Source of the DNA: Wenzhouxiangella sp.
GTDB taxonomy: Bacteria; Pseudomonadota; Gammaproteobacteria; Xanthomonadales; Wenzhouxiangellaceae
Direction: 5' to 3'
Assembly: GCA_007134485.1 (NCBI GenBank)
Contig: SLKT01000040.1
Location: 16,696-80,695 of the forward strand
Length of the DNA: 64,000 nucleotides
Shown here: positions 17,266-26,744 of the stretch, in pieces
Numbering within the stretch: the first letter of the stretch is position 1
How the letters are laid out: each line of letters opens with the position of its first letter
The notes under the pieces: generated by a model
Told to the model about the DNA's origin: nothing
What the model saw: only the letters and a program-made list of their open reading frames with translations
Database searches by the model: none
Position numbers and translations under genes: made by a program

Positions 17266-18315
17266 TTAGTCTTTCTTGTCCTTCTTGCTGCCCGAGACGA
17301 TTTCGAACTCCTTGAGTCCGCCGGGGGCAAGATCTTTCAGAATCGACGTGAAATCCTGAGATACCAGCCGCTTGGCCCGCTGCACCAGCAGCGGCACGGG
17401 GCTGGAAGGCTCATTCTTGTTGAAGTATTCGGTGACACGATCAAGCATCTTGATCGCGTCCTCGCGAGAATGGATCTCTCCGGGCGCCGCAGGTGCGGCG
17501 GCCGGCGCACCGGCCGTTCCAGCTTCGACATCACCACCTGCTTCGGGACCGGCGCCGGCAGCAACGCCCCTGCGCTCGAGCGCATCCTGCAGCGCTGGAC
17601 GAACATCCCGACACAGGCGGAACAGATCGTCCAGGGACAGCTGATCGGCGGCTTCGACCTTTCCATTGAATGTCGACTCGATGGCCTTGGCCTGCTCGGA
17701 AAGCTGATCAAATCGGGACAGGGTCTCCTGCAATTCCTCCAGGTCGATATCCATCAGCGCCTGGTTGATCGCCGACACCTGAGGTGTTTCCTCATCCTTG
17801 GGCGTGTTGAGAAATTCACCGGCAATCAGGTAGTCGCGAATCGTGAACTTGCCAATCGCCGCCGACGCCACCAGCACGGTCTGGCGCAACAGACGAATGT
17901 AGCCTTCGGAAGCGCCCAGCTCACCGAGCGTATGCAAGCGCTCGGTCGCATCGCCTTCGTCGATGAGCGGGTCGAGATGGTCCCAGTACTGATCAAGCAT
18001 CCGAGCGATGAGCTCGAAGCCGGCCGTCGCACCGGCCAGACCTTCGCGGGCGGTCAGGGCCTTGGTCAGTAGCACTGCGACGCGGAGGGATTTGGCCTGA
18101 TCAAACAGGGCCTCACCCTTTTCTCTCACGGCGCGCCAATCAGGCTCCTCGGCAGGAATGACCTCGTCGCCCATGACATGTTCTTCGCGGCCCTGGGCGA
18201 GTCGTTCGAGCTCGGAATACTCAGGAGTGAAGACAAAATCATCGAGCTCTTCACCGCACGGGTGCTCGTCGGAGACGGGCTTGAGCAATCGATCAATGTC
18301 CAGCAGTTCGCTCAT
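17266..18315 (-). CDS. tssA: T6SS TssA (ImpA N- and C-terminal domains)
   Basis: LLKPVSDEHPCG, EEPDW, KSLRVAVLL, YFNKNEPSSPVPLLVQRA. Confidence 0.94.
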   Translation of the reverse strand: MSELLDIDRLLKPVSDEHPCGEELDDFVFTPEYSELERLAQGREEHVMGDEVIPAEEPDWRAVREKGEALFDQAKSLRVAVLLTKALTAREGLAGATAGFELIARMLDQYWDHLDPLIDEGDATERLHTLGELGASEGYIRLLRQTVLVASAAIGKFTIRDYLIAGEFLNTPKDEETPQVSAINQALMDIDLEELQETLSRFDQLSEQAKAIESTFNGKVEAADQLSLDDLFRLCRDVRPALQDALERRGVAAGAGPEAGGDVEAGTAGAPAAAPAAPGEIHSREDAIKMLDRVTEYFNKNEPSSPVPLLVQRAKRLVSQDFTSILKDLAPGGLKEFEIVSGSKKDKKD

Positions 18316-18353
18316 TGCGAAAACACTCCGTTTGGCGCCCCTCAGGTGTGCCG

Positions 18354-18383
18354 ATCATACAACATCATCCCGGATTTACGCAA
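18354..18383 (-). promoter_or_regulatory. Candidate sigma70 promoter for the tssA-vgrG operon
   Basis: TTGCGT-N18-TATGAT on the minus strand, about 40 nt upstream of the tssA ATG; pattern match only. Confidence 0.45.
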
Positions 18384-18467
18384 AGATGGTGATCGGGCGC
18401 ACATTCCATTCAAACCATCCTGGCCGGGCCCTTGAAGGCGCCGGAATACGAAAACATTTTCCTTACG

Positions 18468-18496
18468 CTGAAATAAAACGTAAACCGGGCTAGAAT
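18468..18496 (+). promoter_or_regulatory. Candidate sigma70 promoter for the divergent 88-aa ORF
   Basis: CTGAAA-N17-TAGAAT in an AT-rich stretch; overlapped by inverted repeat TTACG-N11-CGTAA (18463-18483). Confidence 0.45.
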
Positions 18497-18524
18497 CCTG
18501 TCATCTAAATGCGAGTCTGATCGA

Positions 18525-18791
18525 ATGCCTCGAATCAAGGAAGTCGAATTCTGGAGCTTCATGGACGCCCTTCGAAAGGCCTCCGACAAGGGTGGGAAGA
18601 TCGAGCCCATCGACAAGGAGGACTGGCGAAAGTACCTGAAGGAGAACCGCATGAGTGAACCGATGATGGTCGAGTTCGCCAAGTCGCGGTTCATGACCTT
18701 CGAGCGGGTCATCATTGATGACGACTCCGAGTGGGTCGGGTTCTACATGTACTCGGTTGATGACGAGGGGGCGCTCAAGTGGGAGTCGTGA
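18525..18791 (+). CDS. Hypothetical 88-aa protein inside the T6SS cluster, opposite strand
   Basis: Strong GC3 codon bias (AAG, GAC, TTC, GAG, ATC), globular charged/aromatic composition, own candidate promoter; 3' end overlaps pppA convergently by 49 bp. Confidence 0.75.
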   Translation: MPRIKEVEFWSFMDALRKASDKGGKIEPIDKEDWRKYLKENRMSEPMMVEFAKSRFMTFERVIIDDDSEWVGFYMYSVDDEGALKWES

Positions 18792-19486
18792 ATATGCACG
18801 CTGATCGCGGTGCAATTGTCACGTGAGTCGTTTTCAAGCGCGCGTTCGACCAATGCCTTGGCCGGGTCTCCGGCCGAATCCAGCACATCGATCATTTCAT
18901 CCTTGCTGACCGAGCCGCTGACACCATCGGAGCACAGCACCCAGACATCTCCGGGACGCGCCTCCAGCACCAGGCAGTCAAGCTGCAGATCACTATTGGC
19001 GCCCACCGCCCGGGTAATGGCCTGCGAACCGGGCTGATCAGCTTCCATCTCCTTGCCGGTCGTCCGGGCCACCTCACGTGCATAGCTGTGGTCTTCGGTC
19101 ATCTGGCGCAGCTTGCCGTTGCGAAGCCGGTACACCCGACTATCACCCGCCCACAGCACCATGGCCCGGTCGAGGTGAATCACCAGCAAGGCGACCGTTG
19201 ATCCGATCTGACCCAGCTCATGGGAGCGGGCATACTCGCGCAGTTGGCTGTTGCATTCGAGCAGGCTGGTCTTGAGAGTATTGACCATCCCGCCCACGCG
19301 CGCCGGCAGGTCGATCTCGCCAAGCCGCTCGACGATCGTGCGCGAAGCGTAGTCCCCAGCCTGGTGCCCGCCCATGCCATCACACACCACCCACAAACCG
19401 CGTTCGGGCTGGACCAGCAGTGCATCTTCATTGCGCTGCCGGTAATGGCCCTGATCGGTGTACCCGTAACTCTTGATCTCCATCAC
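18743..19486 (-). CDS. pppA: PP2C-family Ser/Thr phosphatase (PppA/TagG-like)
   Basis: RQRNEDA, VVCDGMGGH, WAGDSRVY, ITRAVG, LCSDGV, SRDNCT; directly after tagF. Confidence 0.9.
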   Translation of the reverse strand: MMEIKSYGYTDQGHYRQRNEDALLVQPERGLWVVCDGMGGHQAGDYASRTIVERLGEIDLPARVGGMVNTLKTSLLECNSQLREYARSHELGQIGSTVALLVIHLDRAMVLWAGDSRVYRLRNGKLRQMTEDHSYAREVARTTGKEMEADQPGSQAITRAVGANSDLQLDCLVLEARPGDVWVLCSDGVSGSVSKDEMIDVLDSAGDPAKALVERALENDSRDNCTAISVHIHDSHLSAPSSSTEYM

Positions 19487-20313
19487 CTTGTCCCTTGAAA
19501 GTGATCCTCTTGTGCGTGATCCAACGGGTCTGCGTCATCTTCGTCCAGGTCCCAGTTCGAATCGGATTCATCGTGACCATCTTCACCGATCACGCCCCCT
19601 CCTTCCCAACCGGCAGCTTCGAAGCTTCCATCAATCAGGCCCGAAAAGGCCGATGCGGCTGGCATCCCCCGATCGATCAGCAAACACGGCGCTATGCGTT
19701 CCGAGCCTTGCGTCCACCACAAGGAAAAGCCCGGATAGATTTCAGACAGCGCGTCCGACCCGACCGACGAGAGCACGTCCTGGGTCGTGACGTTCGAGCC
19801 GAGTTGGTAATGACGCCCGGAGTCGTGGAGCGGCATCCAGAGTTCGGAAGTCCTCACCAGGCCGGGGGCTTGATCGGCGCCGGGCAGCTCCGACAGACGG
19901 GACTCGAGCGTGTCCGGCTCGAATCCGTCTTCCAGGCAGTCAAGCGCCAGTGAGCGTGCCTGGTCGAACCAGCCCTGCCAGCTGTACAAGGCCGCCAGCG
20001 GCGGGCACTCCCCGGCATCGACCATGACGGTGAATGGAAAATAGCGACCGACCCGATCGACACTGGGAATCATGACTCCAAGCCAGGTTGACTGACCAAG
20101 GGCGCCTGCGGCGGCGGCAAAGTGCCAGACCGGGGCCACCGAATAATAGTCAATCCACGCTTCCCCCAGTCGCTCCCGACTGGCCGCCATGCCATCCTGC
20201 AACCATTCGTCCCATCGCGCGACCACCTCGCGATCAAGGGTTCGCGTGATGAAGTCACCGAGACGGGGGATTTTTCCGTAACAACCCGACCGTCCCTGAA
20301 TGACCTGGTCCAT
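19483..20313 (-). CDS. tagF: T6SS post-translational repressor TagF (DUF2094)
   Basis: YGKIPRLGDF, WDEWL, GVMIPSVDRVGRYFPF, SLWWTQGS. Confidence 0.93.
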   Translation of the reverse strand: MDQVIQGRSGCYGKIPRLGDFITRTLDREVVARWDEWLQDGMAASRERLGEAWIDYYSVAPVWHFAAAAGALGQSTWLGVMIPSVDRVGRYFPFTVMVDAGECPPLAALYSWQGWFDQARSLALDCLEDGFEPDTLESRLSELPGADQAPGLVRTSELWMPLHDSGRHYQLGSNVTTQDVLSSVGSDALSEIYPGFSLWWTQGSERIAPCLLIDRGMPAASAFSGLIDGSFEAAGWEGGGVIGEDGHDESDSNWDLDEDDADPLDHAQEDHFQGTR

Positions 20314-20332
20314 GCCTGTGTCCTTGACTGTT

Positions 20333-23300
20333 TCAGAGAGTGTTGGGGCACTGGAACTGCTGCACCAGGTCCTCGGTCAGGGGGTTGACCAGCGCATGCG
20401 TTCGAAGCTCGTAGGTGGCCTTGCGCCCGCCCATGGAGAATTCGACGATCTGGGTTTCCGGCGTGCTGCCGGCCTCGCGCTGGAACTGATCCAGAAAGCG
20501 CAGCAACGCCCATGGACCATCCCGGGTCATGCTGGAGCGGCCACTTTCGGCCGGGGGGTCGAATTGCAGTCGGACCGTGGAGTCTCCCTGATCCGGCCAG
20601 CGCACCGTCGTCCAGCGCACCGGTCCATGAAAATATTCGACCGATTGTTCGCCAATGCGCAAGCTGAGTCGATTGATCGACTGGTCCATGTCCACCGGCC
20701 GCAGATCCAGTGGGATGATCGGTCGCTGACCACCCTCCGGGAAGAACGCGTCGCGAATACGACGAGCCCGTTCGAACTGGCGAATGCTGCTTGATGACAG
20801 GGACGGCGAACCCGGTTGTGGCGGACGCCAGCTCCACGGCGAGCTGCTGGTATCAGCATACTGCCTCAGATTCTCCTCGAAAAATTCGTCGATCAGTCCA
20901 TCATGACCGAACAGGCGACCAAATTCCTGCAGCGACAACTCTTCGGATGCTCCCGACCGAAACGGATAGCGGCGGCCGGTCAGTTCACGGCACGAGGCGA
21001 GTACCTGATTGGTCCATTCCCGCTGCACTTGGGAGCGTGTGTCGTCAGCCGTCAACTGGACAATGCGGGTTGAAAACAGGTTGAACCAGCCGGATACCGG
21101 CTCCGGCAAATCGAGGGCTTCCTCGCGCAGGTTGCGGGTCAGGTCCGCGGTCGTACCGAGTCCGGTGGCCACGCCCCGGGCGGAATCCTCGAAGTTGATG
21201 GCCAGTTGGCGAAGTGTTCCCAATGGCTGGTTGATCGGCCAGTCATCCTGCTGATCGGGATCACCGGCGAGACGAACCAGGGACCGGAAATGTGATTCAA
21301 CCGCGGTTTCCGGATCGGTCGAATCGGAGCCTTCTCCAGCCGCACCGGCCAGGCGACGCGCATCCGAGGACATTCGACGGGTGGCCTGACGCTGCACGAT
21401 CCGGCTGCCGGCTTCACCCAGGGCCGACAAACGCCCCCCGTTTTCCTCGTCGTCATCGCCGCGGGTCAGACTGACTTCATCAGCCACCGCACCCACCAGC
21501 CGGCGTATCGGTGAACGCCGCTCGGAGGCGGCTCGCAGGACACGAATGGCATCCTGGCTGCTGCCGAATCCGACGATTTCCAGATCCTCCAGCAAGCTTT
21601 CCCAGTGCATCACGAACTCGCGGAAATACAACTCCAGGGCTTCCTCCATCAAGCGGTTCAGCTCTCGCATGTCATCGAGTCGACCGCGCTCTTCATCACC
21701 CAGCACCCAGGTTTCATCCAGTAATTCGCGTGCCGTGGAACGCAGGTTCTGCATGACGATCTTGTGATAACCGTCATAGGTATACAGGGGCGGAATGCCC
21801 TCGTCGAGGGAACGACCGCTGGAGCGCTGGAACACCTGGTCGGCCAGTGATCCGGCCTGCTCGGAGACCTTGAAAGGCAGCACCGACCGGGTAGCCTCGG
21901 CATCGAATTCCAGGCGTTGCAGCACCCATCGCGACATCGGGATGGAGCGCAGCACGTCGCGCGCATCGGCAATCAGATGCTCATCCAGTCCGTAGTCGAC
22001 CGGCACATCGAGTGTTTCGGCCAATGCGGTGACATGCATGCGAAGATCCTCGAGCTCATGACTGGTCAGTCCGCGCGGCGGGAACTCATCGAGATCAATC
22101 TGGTACCAGATGTCGATCATCTCCGGCTCATAGCGCGACGGTCGCTCCAACATCAGGTATGTACGCAAGGTCTCGTAGAGGGTCTCCTCGGCATCATGAC
22201 TCTGGCTCAGTCGTTCCTCGAGACGATTCACCAATTGCGGAAGGAGCAGTTTCTCCAGCAGCCGCTCGTACGTGCGCCGCGCCTCACGCCCCATTCGATC
22301 CCCCTGGTACAAACCCCACCCGGCCTGGCGAGGCGCTCGTTCATCACGCTCGGCATGTCCATGCGGCAACACGCGGGTCTGGTTGAGGATGAAGATCACT
22401 TCATTGATATCGGCGGGTCGCTCATCGATGGCGCGCAGGTTCAGACGCAACTCATCGGACGCCTCGTCCATGCCCTCAATCAGGCCCTGGTTGTGCATGT
22501 AGCTGACCGACCACAGGCCAACCGCGCTGACCAGGACCACAACACTGAACACCGTCACCGCCATCTGGATGATCCTGCGACGCCGCTCACCGCGTGCATC
22601 GACCCCGGCCAGGGCCGCCTCGGGAAAGACGACATCGTTGAGCAGCCGGGTCAGGAAATAGCTGCGCCCCTGCCCGCCGGCCTGGGCCGCGCCGGTCGCG
22701 CTGATCCCGAATGATCGCGACAGCGCGCCCATCACACGGTCGATCGGCGTGCCCTCCTGGGTGGCGCTGGTGAAGTAGCAGCCGCGCAGCAGCAGGTCTT
22801 GCTCGTAGCGACTGGGCGAAAAGACCTCTTCGAGGAACTGTTCGAGTATCGGGTGCAGGGCGCCGAACTGTTGCGGAAACGAGTACAAGGCCTGGCGTCG
22901 CTGCCCCGAACGCTCATGCTGCAGCTTGTCGATCACCTGGTCCCCAAGACGCTTGCCCAGGCTCTTGAGCTCGTCGGGCAATTGCTGGATGGCGCGACCC
23001 TTTTCCGAGTCCTCGACATCAAAGGTTACCCCCCAGACCTGTTCACGCTCACGCAGGCCGAGATCATCGAAGAATTCGTTGAATCCGGCCAGCAGGTCGC
23101 ACTTGGTCAGGATGACATAGACCGGGAATCGCACCCCCAGTTCGCTTTGCAACTCCTGCAGCCGGCTGCGGATCGCCTGGGCATGATTGCGCAGTTCGGC
23201 TTCGCTGAACGTGAGCAGATCCGACACGCTGATGGCCACCAGGGCGCCGTTGATCGGCTGGCGCTTGCGGTAACGCTTGAGTAGCCCCAAAAACCCCTTC

Positions 23301-23887
23301 CAGGCGCCGGCATCGCGATTTCGGTCACTGTCCTGGGTAGTGTAGCGTCCGGCCGTATCGATCAACACGGCATCATTGGTGAACCACCAGTCACAATGCC
23401 GGGTGCCGCCCACGCCCTTGAGCGCCTCGACCCCGAATCGCTCGGCCAGGGGAAACTTCAGCCCTGAATTGACCAGCGCGGTGGTCTTTCCCGCTCCCGG
23501 GGGGCCGATGATCAGGTACCACGGAATCTGGTAGAGGCGCTTGCGCTCGCCCGACCCACCCAGACGCGCCTTCTTGAGCACATCCATGGCCTCCTGAAGG
23601 CGCTCCTGCAACAGTTCGACCTCCTCGGCCGAAGCATCCTCGTCGGGCGTAGACTCGACCACCTGCTGGGCCAATTCCTCGTTGTACCGTCGCCCGACCA
23701 TCCATGCCCGGGTCTTCTTGACGACCCACCAGACAAACAGCAGGATGATGATGGCCAGGCGCCAGTAGGGATGCTCGAGCGGCACCCAGTCGCCGATTGC
23801 AATCAGGGGACCGACGAACCAGATGACCAGCGAAATGGCCGTCAGGGCGAGCAACGGAATCAGGATATGGCGCACGAAAGCAATCAT
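20333..23887 (-). CDS. tssM: T6SS membrane complex subunit TssM (IcmF)
   Basis: N-terminal TM helices, PWYLIIGPPGAGKTT, CDWWFT, LIDTAGRY, TSATQEG, RSYFL. Confidence 0.97.
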   Translation of the reverse strand: MIAFVRHILIPLLALTAISLVIWFVGPLIAIGDWVPLEHPYWRLAIIILLFVWWVVKKTRAWMVGRRYNEELAQQVVESTPDEDASAEEVELLQERLQEAMDVLKKARLGGSGERKRLYQIPWYLIIGPPGAGKTTALVNSGLKFPLAERFGVEALKGVGGTRHCDWWFTNDAVLIDTAGRYTTQDSDRNRDAGAWKGFLGLLKRYRKRQPINGALVAISVSDLLTFSEAELRNHAQAIRSRLQELQSELGVRFPVYVILTKCDLLAGFNEFFDDLGLREREQVWGVTFDVEDSEKGRAIQQLPDELKSLGKRLGDQVIDKLQHERSGQRRQALYSFPQQFGALHPILEQFLEEVFSPSRYEQDLLLRGCYFTSATQEGTPIDRVMGALSRSFGISATGAAQAGGQGRSYFLTRLLNDVVFPEAALAGVDARGERRRRIIQMAVTVFSVVVLVSAVGLWSVSYMHNQGLIEGMDEASDELRLNLRAIDERPADINEVIFILNQTRVLPHGHAERDERAPRQAGWGLYQGDRMGREARRTYERLLEKLLLPQLVNRLEERLSQSHDAEETLYETLRTYLMLERPSRYEPEMIDIWYQIDLDEFPPRGLTSHELEDLRMHVTALAETLDVPVDYGLDEHLIADARDVLRSIPMSRWVLQRLEFDAEATRSVLPFKVSEQAGSLADQVFQRSSGRSLDEGIPPLYTYDGYHKIVMQNLRSTARELLDETWVLGDEERGRLDDMRELNRLMEEALELYFREFVMHWESLLEDLEIVGFGSSQDAIRVLRAASERRSPIRRLVGAVADEVSLTRGDDDEENGGRLSALGEAGSRIVQRQATRRMSSDARRLAGAAGEGSDSTDPETAVESHFRSLVRLAGDPDQQDDWPINQPLGTLRQLAINFEDSARGVATGLGTTADLTRNLREEALDLPEPVSGWFNLFSTRIVQLTADDTRSQVQREWTNQVLASCRELTGRRYPFRSGASEELSLQEFGRLFGHDGLIDEFFEENLRQYADTSSSPWSWRPPQPGSPSLSSSSIRQFERARRIRDAFFPEGGQRPIIPLDLRPVDMDQSINRLSLRIGEQSVEYFHGPVRWTTVRWPDQGDSTVRLQFDPPAESGRSSMTRDGPWALLRFLDQFQREAGSTPETQIVEFSMGGRKATYELRTHALVNPLTEDLVQQFQCPNTL

Positions 23888-25245
23888 GAGCGCTCACCGC
23901 TGCTTGCCGTCACAACGATATCGACCCGGCGGTTGCGCGCCCTGCCCTCGGCACTGTCATTGCTGGCCAACGGCTCGGTGTCGGCACGACCCTCGGCCTT
24001 GAACCGCCCTGGATCATCGGAAACCACCTTGAGAATGCGTTCGACCGATTCGGCCCGCGCCTCGGACAGGTACCAGTTTGACGGGAAGCGCAGTGTTCGA
24101 ATCGGAATATTGTCGGAATGCCCGCTGACCAGCACTCGGCCCTCGACCTCGTTGATTGCGCGCGCGATGCGTTCGATCACCGGCAGGCGATCCGGTTCGA
24201 CCCGGGCACTGGCCGATTCGAACAAGCCATCACCGGCCAGTCGCAGGGTGACCTGACGTCCATCCGCCTCAAGCAGGATGTTGCCGTCATCAATATCCTC
24301 TGCCAGCAGCTCGCGCAGGGTCTGAGCCAGATCCTCACTGGTTGCCGGCGCGCTGCGTTCGCTCATGTCGAGTTGCTCCATGGCTTCGGCATTGATCATT
24401 GCAAGGCGAGTCATCAATGGGTCCGAATCACGATGCAACAGGTAGCTGAATGTAAAAAACGTGGCCAGCATCAAGGCCGCAGCGATCGAAGCAATGGCCC
24501 AGGGGGGCAGGTAGTTGCTCAACCCGACTTTGCCGGCCTGTGCGCCACGCCAGCGCATCGACAGGTCGTGGTCGCGCTCGCGGCGCTGGTTACGGATCGC
24601 CTCGAACAGCGAATCACGCACTCGCTCGAGCTTCTCTCGCCCATCCGGCGCCGCCCCGTGGGCGCCCTCGAACCCGAGACCAAGCACCACGTACAGAAAC
24701 TCCAGCAGATCGATATTGGACGCGCTGTCACGCTTGACCTTTTCAATGATGCGAAAGACCTGCTCGCCACCCCAGGTTTCACGGTGAAAGGTACTGAGCA
24801 GACTCTTCTCCTGCCAGCGGCTTCGTCCACCCCACGGCGTGCCCAGAACGACCTCGTCCAGAAAGGCGCACAGGGTGTAATGGGCATAGCGAATCACATC
24901 GGAGCTGTAACCGGCACGCGTGGCATCCTCCTGGAACTGCTTGAGCTGCTTGACGATGCGGTTGCGCAGTTCGCGAAGATCGGGTTCGCTGGTTGCGGTG
25001 CGCAGATGAGACGCCAGGCTCAGCAACCGGGCACCGGCGGCTTCCAGCGGGTTCAGTCCGGGACCAACCGAGAGCTCCTCGACACCCGGGCCCTGCGGCT
25101 GTCGAGCGGATGACCCCGGCGGGGACGGGGGTGGAGGTGGCGCCCCGGTCCGGCCCTGATTTCCACCACGCCCGCCTGGAACGGGTTTGATCACCGTCCG
25201 GTCGGAATCGCCGCCTGATGGGAAAAACGGGTCCTTGTTGCTCAT
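23884..25245 (-). CDS. tssL: T6SS TssL (DotU) fused to OmpA-like peptidoglycan-binding domain
   Basis: YTLCAFLDE, SLLSTFHRETWGGEQVF, TM helix, GHSDN...NWYLSEARA...RNRRVDI. Confidence 0.95.
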   Translation of the reverse strand: MSNKDPFFPSGGDSDRTVIKPVPGGRGGNQGRTGAPPPPPSPPGSSARQPQGPGVEELSVGPGLNPLEAAGARLLSLASHLRTATSEPDLRELRNRIVKQLKQFQEDATRAGYSSDVIRYAHYTLCAFLDEVVLGTPWGGRSRWQEKSLLSTFHRETWGGEQVFRIIEKVKRDSASNIDLLEFLYVVLGLGFEGAHGAAPDGREKLERVRDSLFEAIRNQRRERDHDLSMRWRGAQAGKVGLSNYLPPWAIASIAAALMLATFFTFSYLLHRDSDPLMTRLAMINAEAMEQLDMSERSAPATSEDLAQTLRELLAEDIDDGNILLEADGRQVTLRLAGDGLFESASARVEPDRLPVIERIARAINEVEGRVLVSGHSDNIPIRTLRFPSNWYLSEARAESVERILKVVSDDPGRFKAEGRADTEPLASNDSAEGRARNRRVDIVVTASSGERS

Positions 25246-25302
25246 GGGCCGGTCACCTTTGCCCTGTATTCAGGGGGTTTGATCGGAATGGCCGTCATCC
25301 GT

Positions 25303-26637
25303 TCACTGTCTGATCGCCCACAACTCCATTTCCAGGTCAGGGTACTCACCGGAAACGTGAATGGCAATGCCACCGCTGGTCTTGAGATCCTTCCAGTACT
25401 GGCTGGACCGATCCAGCTCGAAATAATTGAATCCGGCGTGATACGGAATCTGGCGGGGCGCGACCGGCAGGGGCGATACACCAATGCCGCGCACCTGCTT
25501 GTTGACCAGCTCACGAATCACCTCGACCGAACCGATCTTGATCTGGCGCGGAAACTGACTGCGCAATTTGTCACCTGAAAGTGAGGCCTTGGCCGCCAGA
25601 ACGAATATCGCGTCATCGACCAGCGATTTGTCCGGAATTCGGCCGACGCGAATTCCGTACTTTTTCTCGACAAGAGAAATGTTGACCGCGTTCTGCTCGA
25701 TCACCATGCTCAACGCATTTCTCAGGTCCAGCATGACCGGATGAAAGCTCTCCTGCAGCGCCGAATGACGATATTCAGGATAGGCGCCGGCCATCTTCTT
25801 CTGACTGGAGAATGTTGCCAGCTCCCCGGCCAGCGACAGCATCGCCTCATAGAGACGCTCCGGATGCAGTTGATTGCGCTGGCTTAGATGACTGAACAGC
25901 GGGATGGCCCGGTTGACCAGCATCAGCAACAAAAAGTCTGCGATTTCGGCCACACCGCCCCGTCCCGACTGGGACACGCGCGCCGCCAGCGCTTCTGCAC
26001 GATGATTGAGCAGCCCGAGAATCTCCTTGGCATAGCCGACCAGATTCGGATGCCCCTGGCAATTGCCCATGGTCGGGACGAAATCCGGATCGGTGATCAA
26101 GGATCCGTCGGACCGCCGCTCAACGACCCGGGCCAGCGGTATGCAGGCATACTCGCTGCGATCATCGTCCTCGACGAGAAAGCGAGCATTGATCCTGCCG
26201 ATTTCGATATCAGCCACCACGGTGGAGCCGGCCACGGAATCGCGCGTTTCCATCAGGTCGGAGCGAAAACGGGCCAATTGCTCCTCGCCATCGGGTCGGT
26301 CAAACTCCACCCGCCCGGATTTCATGATGGGCACCGCGAGATAAACCACGCTGTTTTTCAGTTGTTCCGGCACATCAAGCGGGGCCGGTGCCTCGTCTTC
26401 GGACGGAAAACTGAATGGCGTACCATCGGGAAATACACCCGTGCCGACCTCCAGGGCGATCTTGCCTACCTTGAGCGCGGCTTCATCGAGCTTGACCTGG
26501 TCGAAGCCCCAAGCATCCGGACGCGCCAGGCTGTCGCGGGTGTCAACGAACCGCTGAACATAACGATCGAACTGCTGGAAGTGTTGCGGTCGGAGGAACA
26601 TGCCTTCCGACCAGATCACCTTGCTTTTCCAGGACAT
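25303..26637 (-). CDS. tssK: T6SS baseplate subunit TssK
   Basis: KVIWSEGMFLRPQHFQQ, LHPERLY, LPVAPRQIPYHAG. Confidence 0.97.
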   Translation of the reverse strand: MSWKSKVIWSEGMFLRPQHFQQFDRYVQRFVDTRDSLARPDAWGFDQVKLDEAALKVGKIALEVGTGVFPDGTPFSFPSEDEAPAPLDVPEQLKNSVVYLAVPIMKSGRVEFDRPDGEEQLARFRSDLMETRDSVAGSTVVADIEIGRINARFLVEDDDRSEYACIPLARVVERRSDGSLITDPDFVPTMGNCQGHPNLVGYAKEILGLLNHRAEALAARVSQSGRGGVAEIADFLLLMLVNRAIPLFSHLSQRNQLHPERLYEAMLSLAGELATFSSQKKMAGAYPEYRHSALQESFHPVMLDLRNALSMVIEQNAVNISLVEKKYGIRVGRIPDKSLVDDAIFVLAAKASLSGDKLRSQFPRQIKIGSVEVIRELVNKQVRGIGVSPLPVAPRQIPYHAGFNYFELDRSSQYWKDLKTSGGIAIHVSGEYPDLEMELWAIRQ

Positions 26638-26744
26638 CAGTTCACCTGTGCGTCAATTGGACCGGGACAGTCACGCTCACCGGGCGTGACCATCAAAACC
26701 GGCCTCAGTATACATAACCGAATCGCGATGACCGACCGCCACGC

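Noticed and set aside
23884-24260. OmpA domain fused to TssL
   Set aside because: Well-known TssL variant
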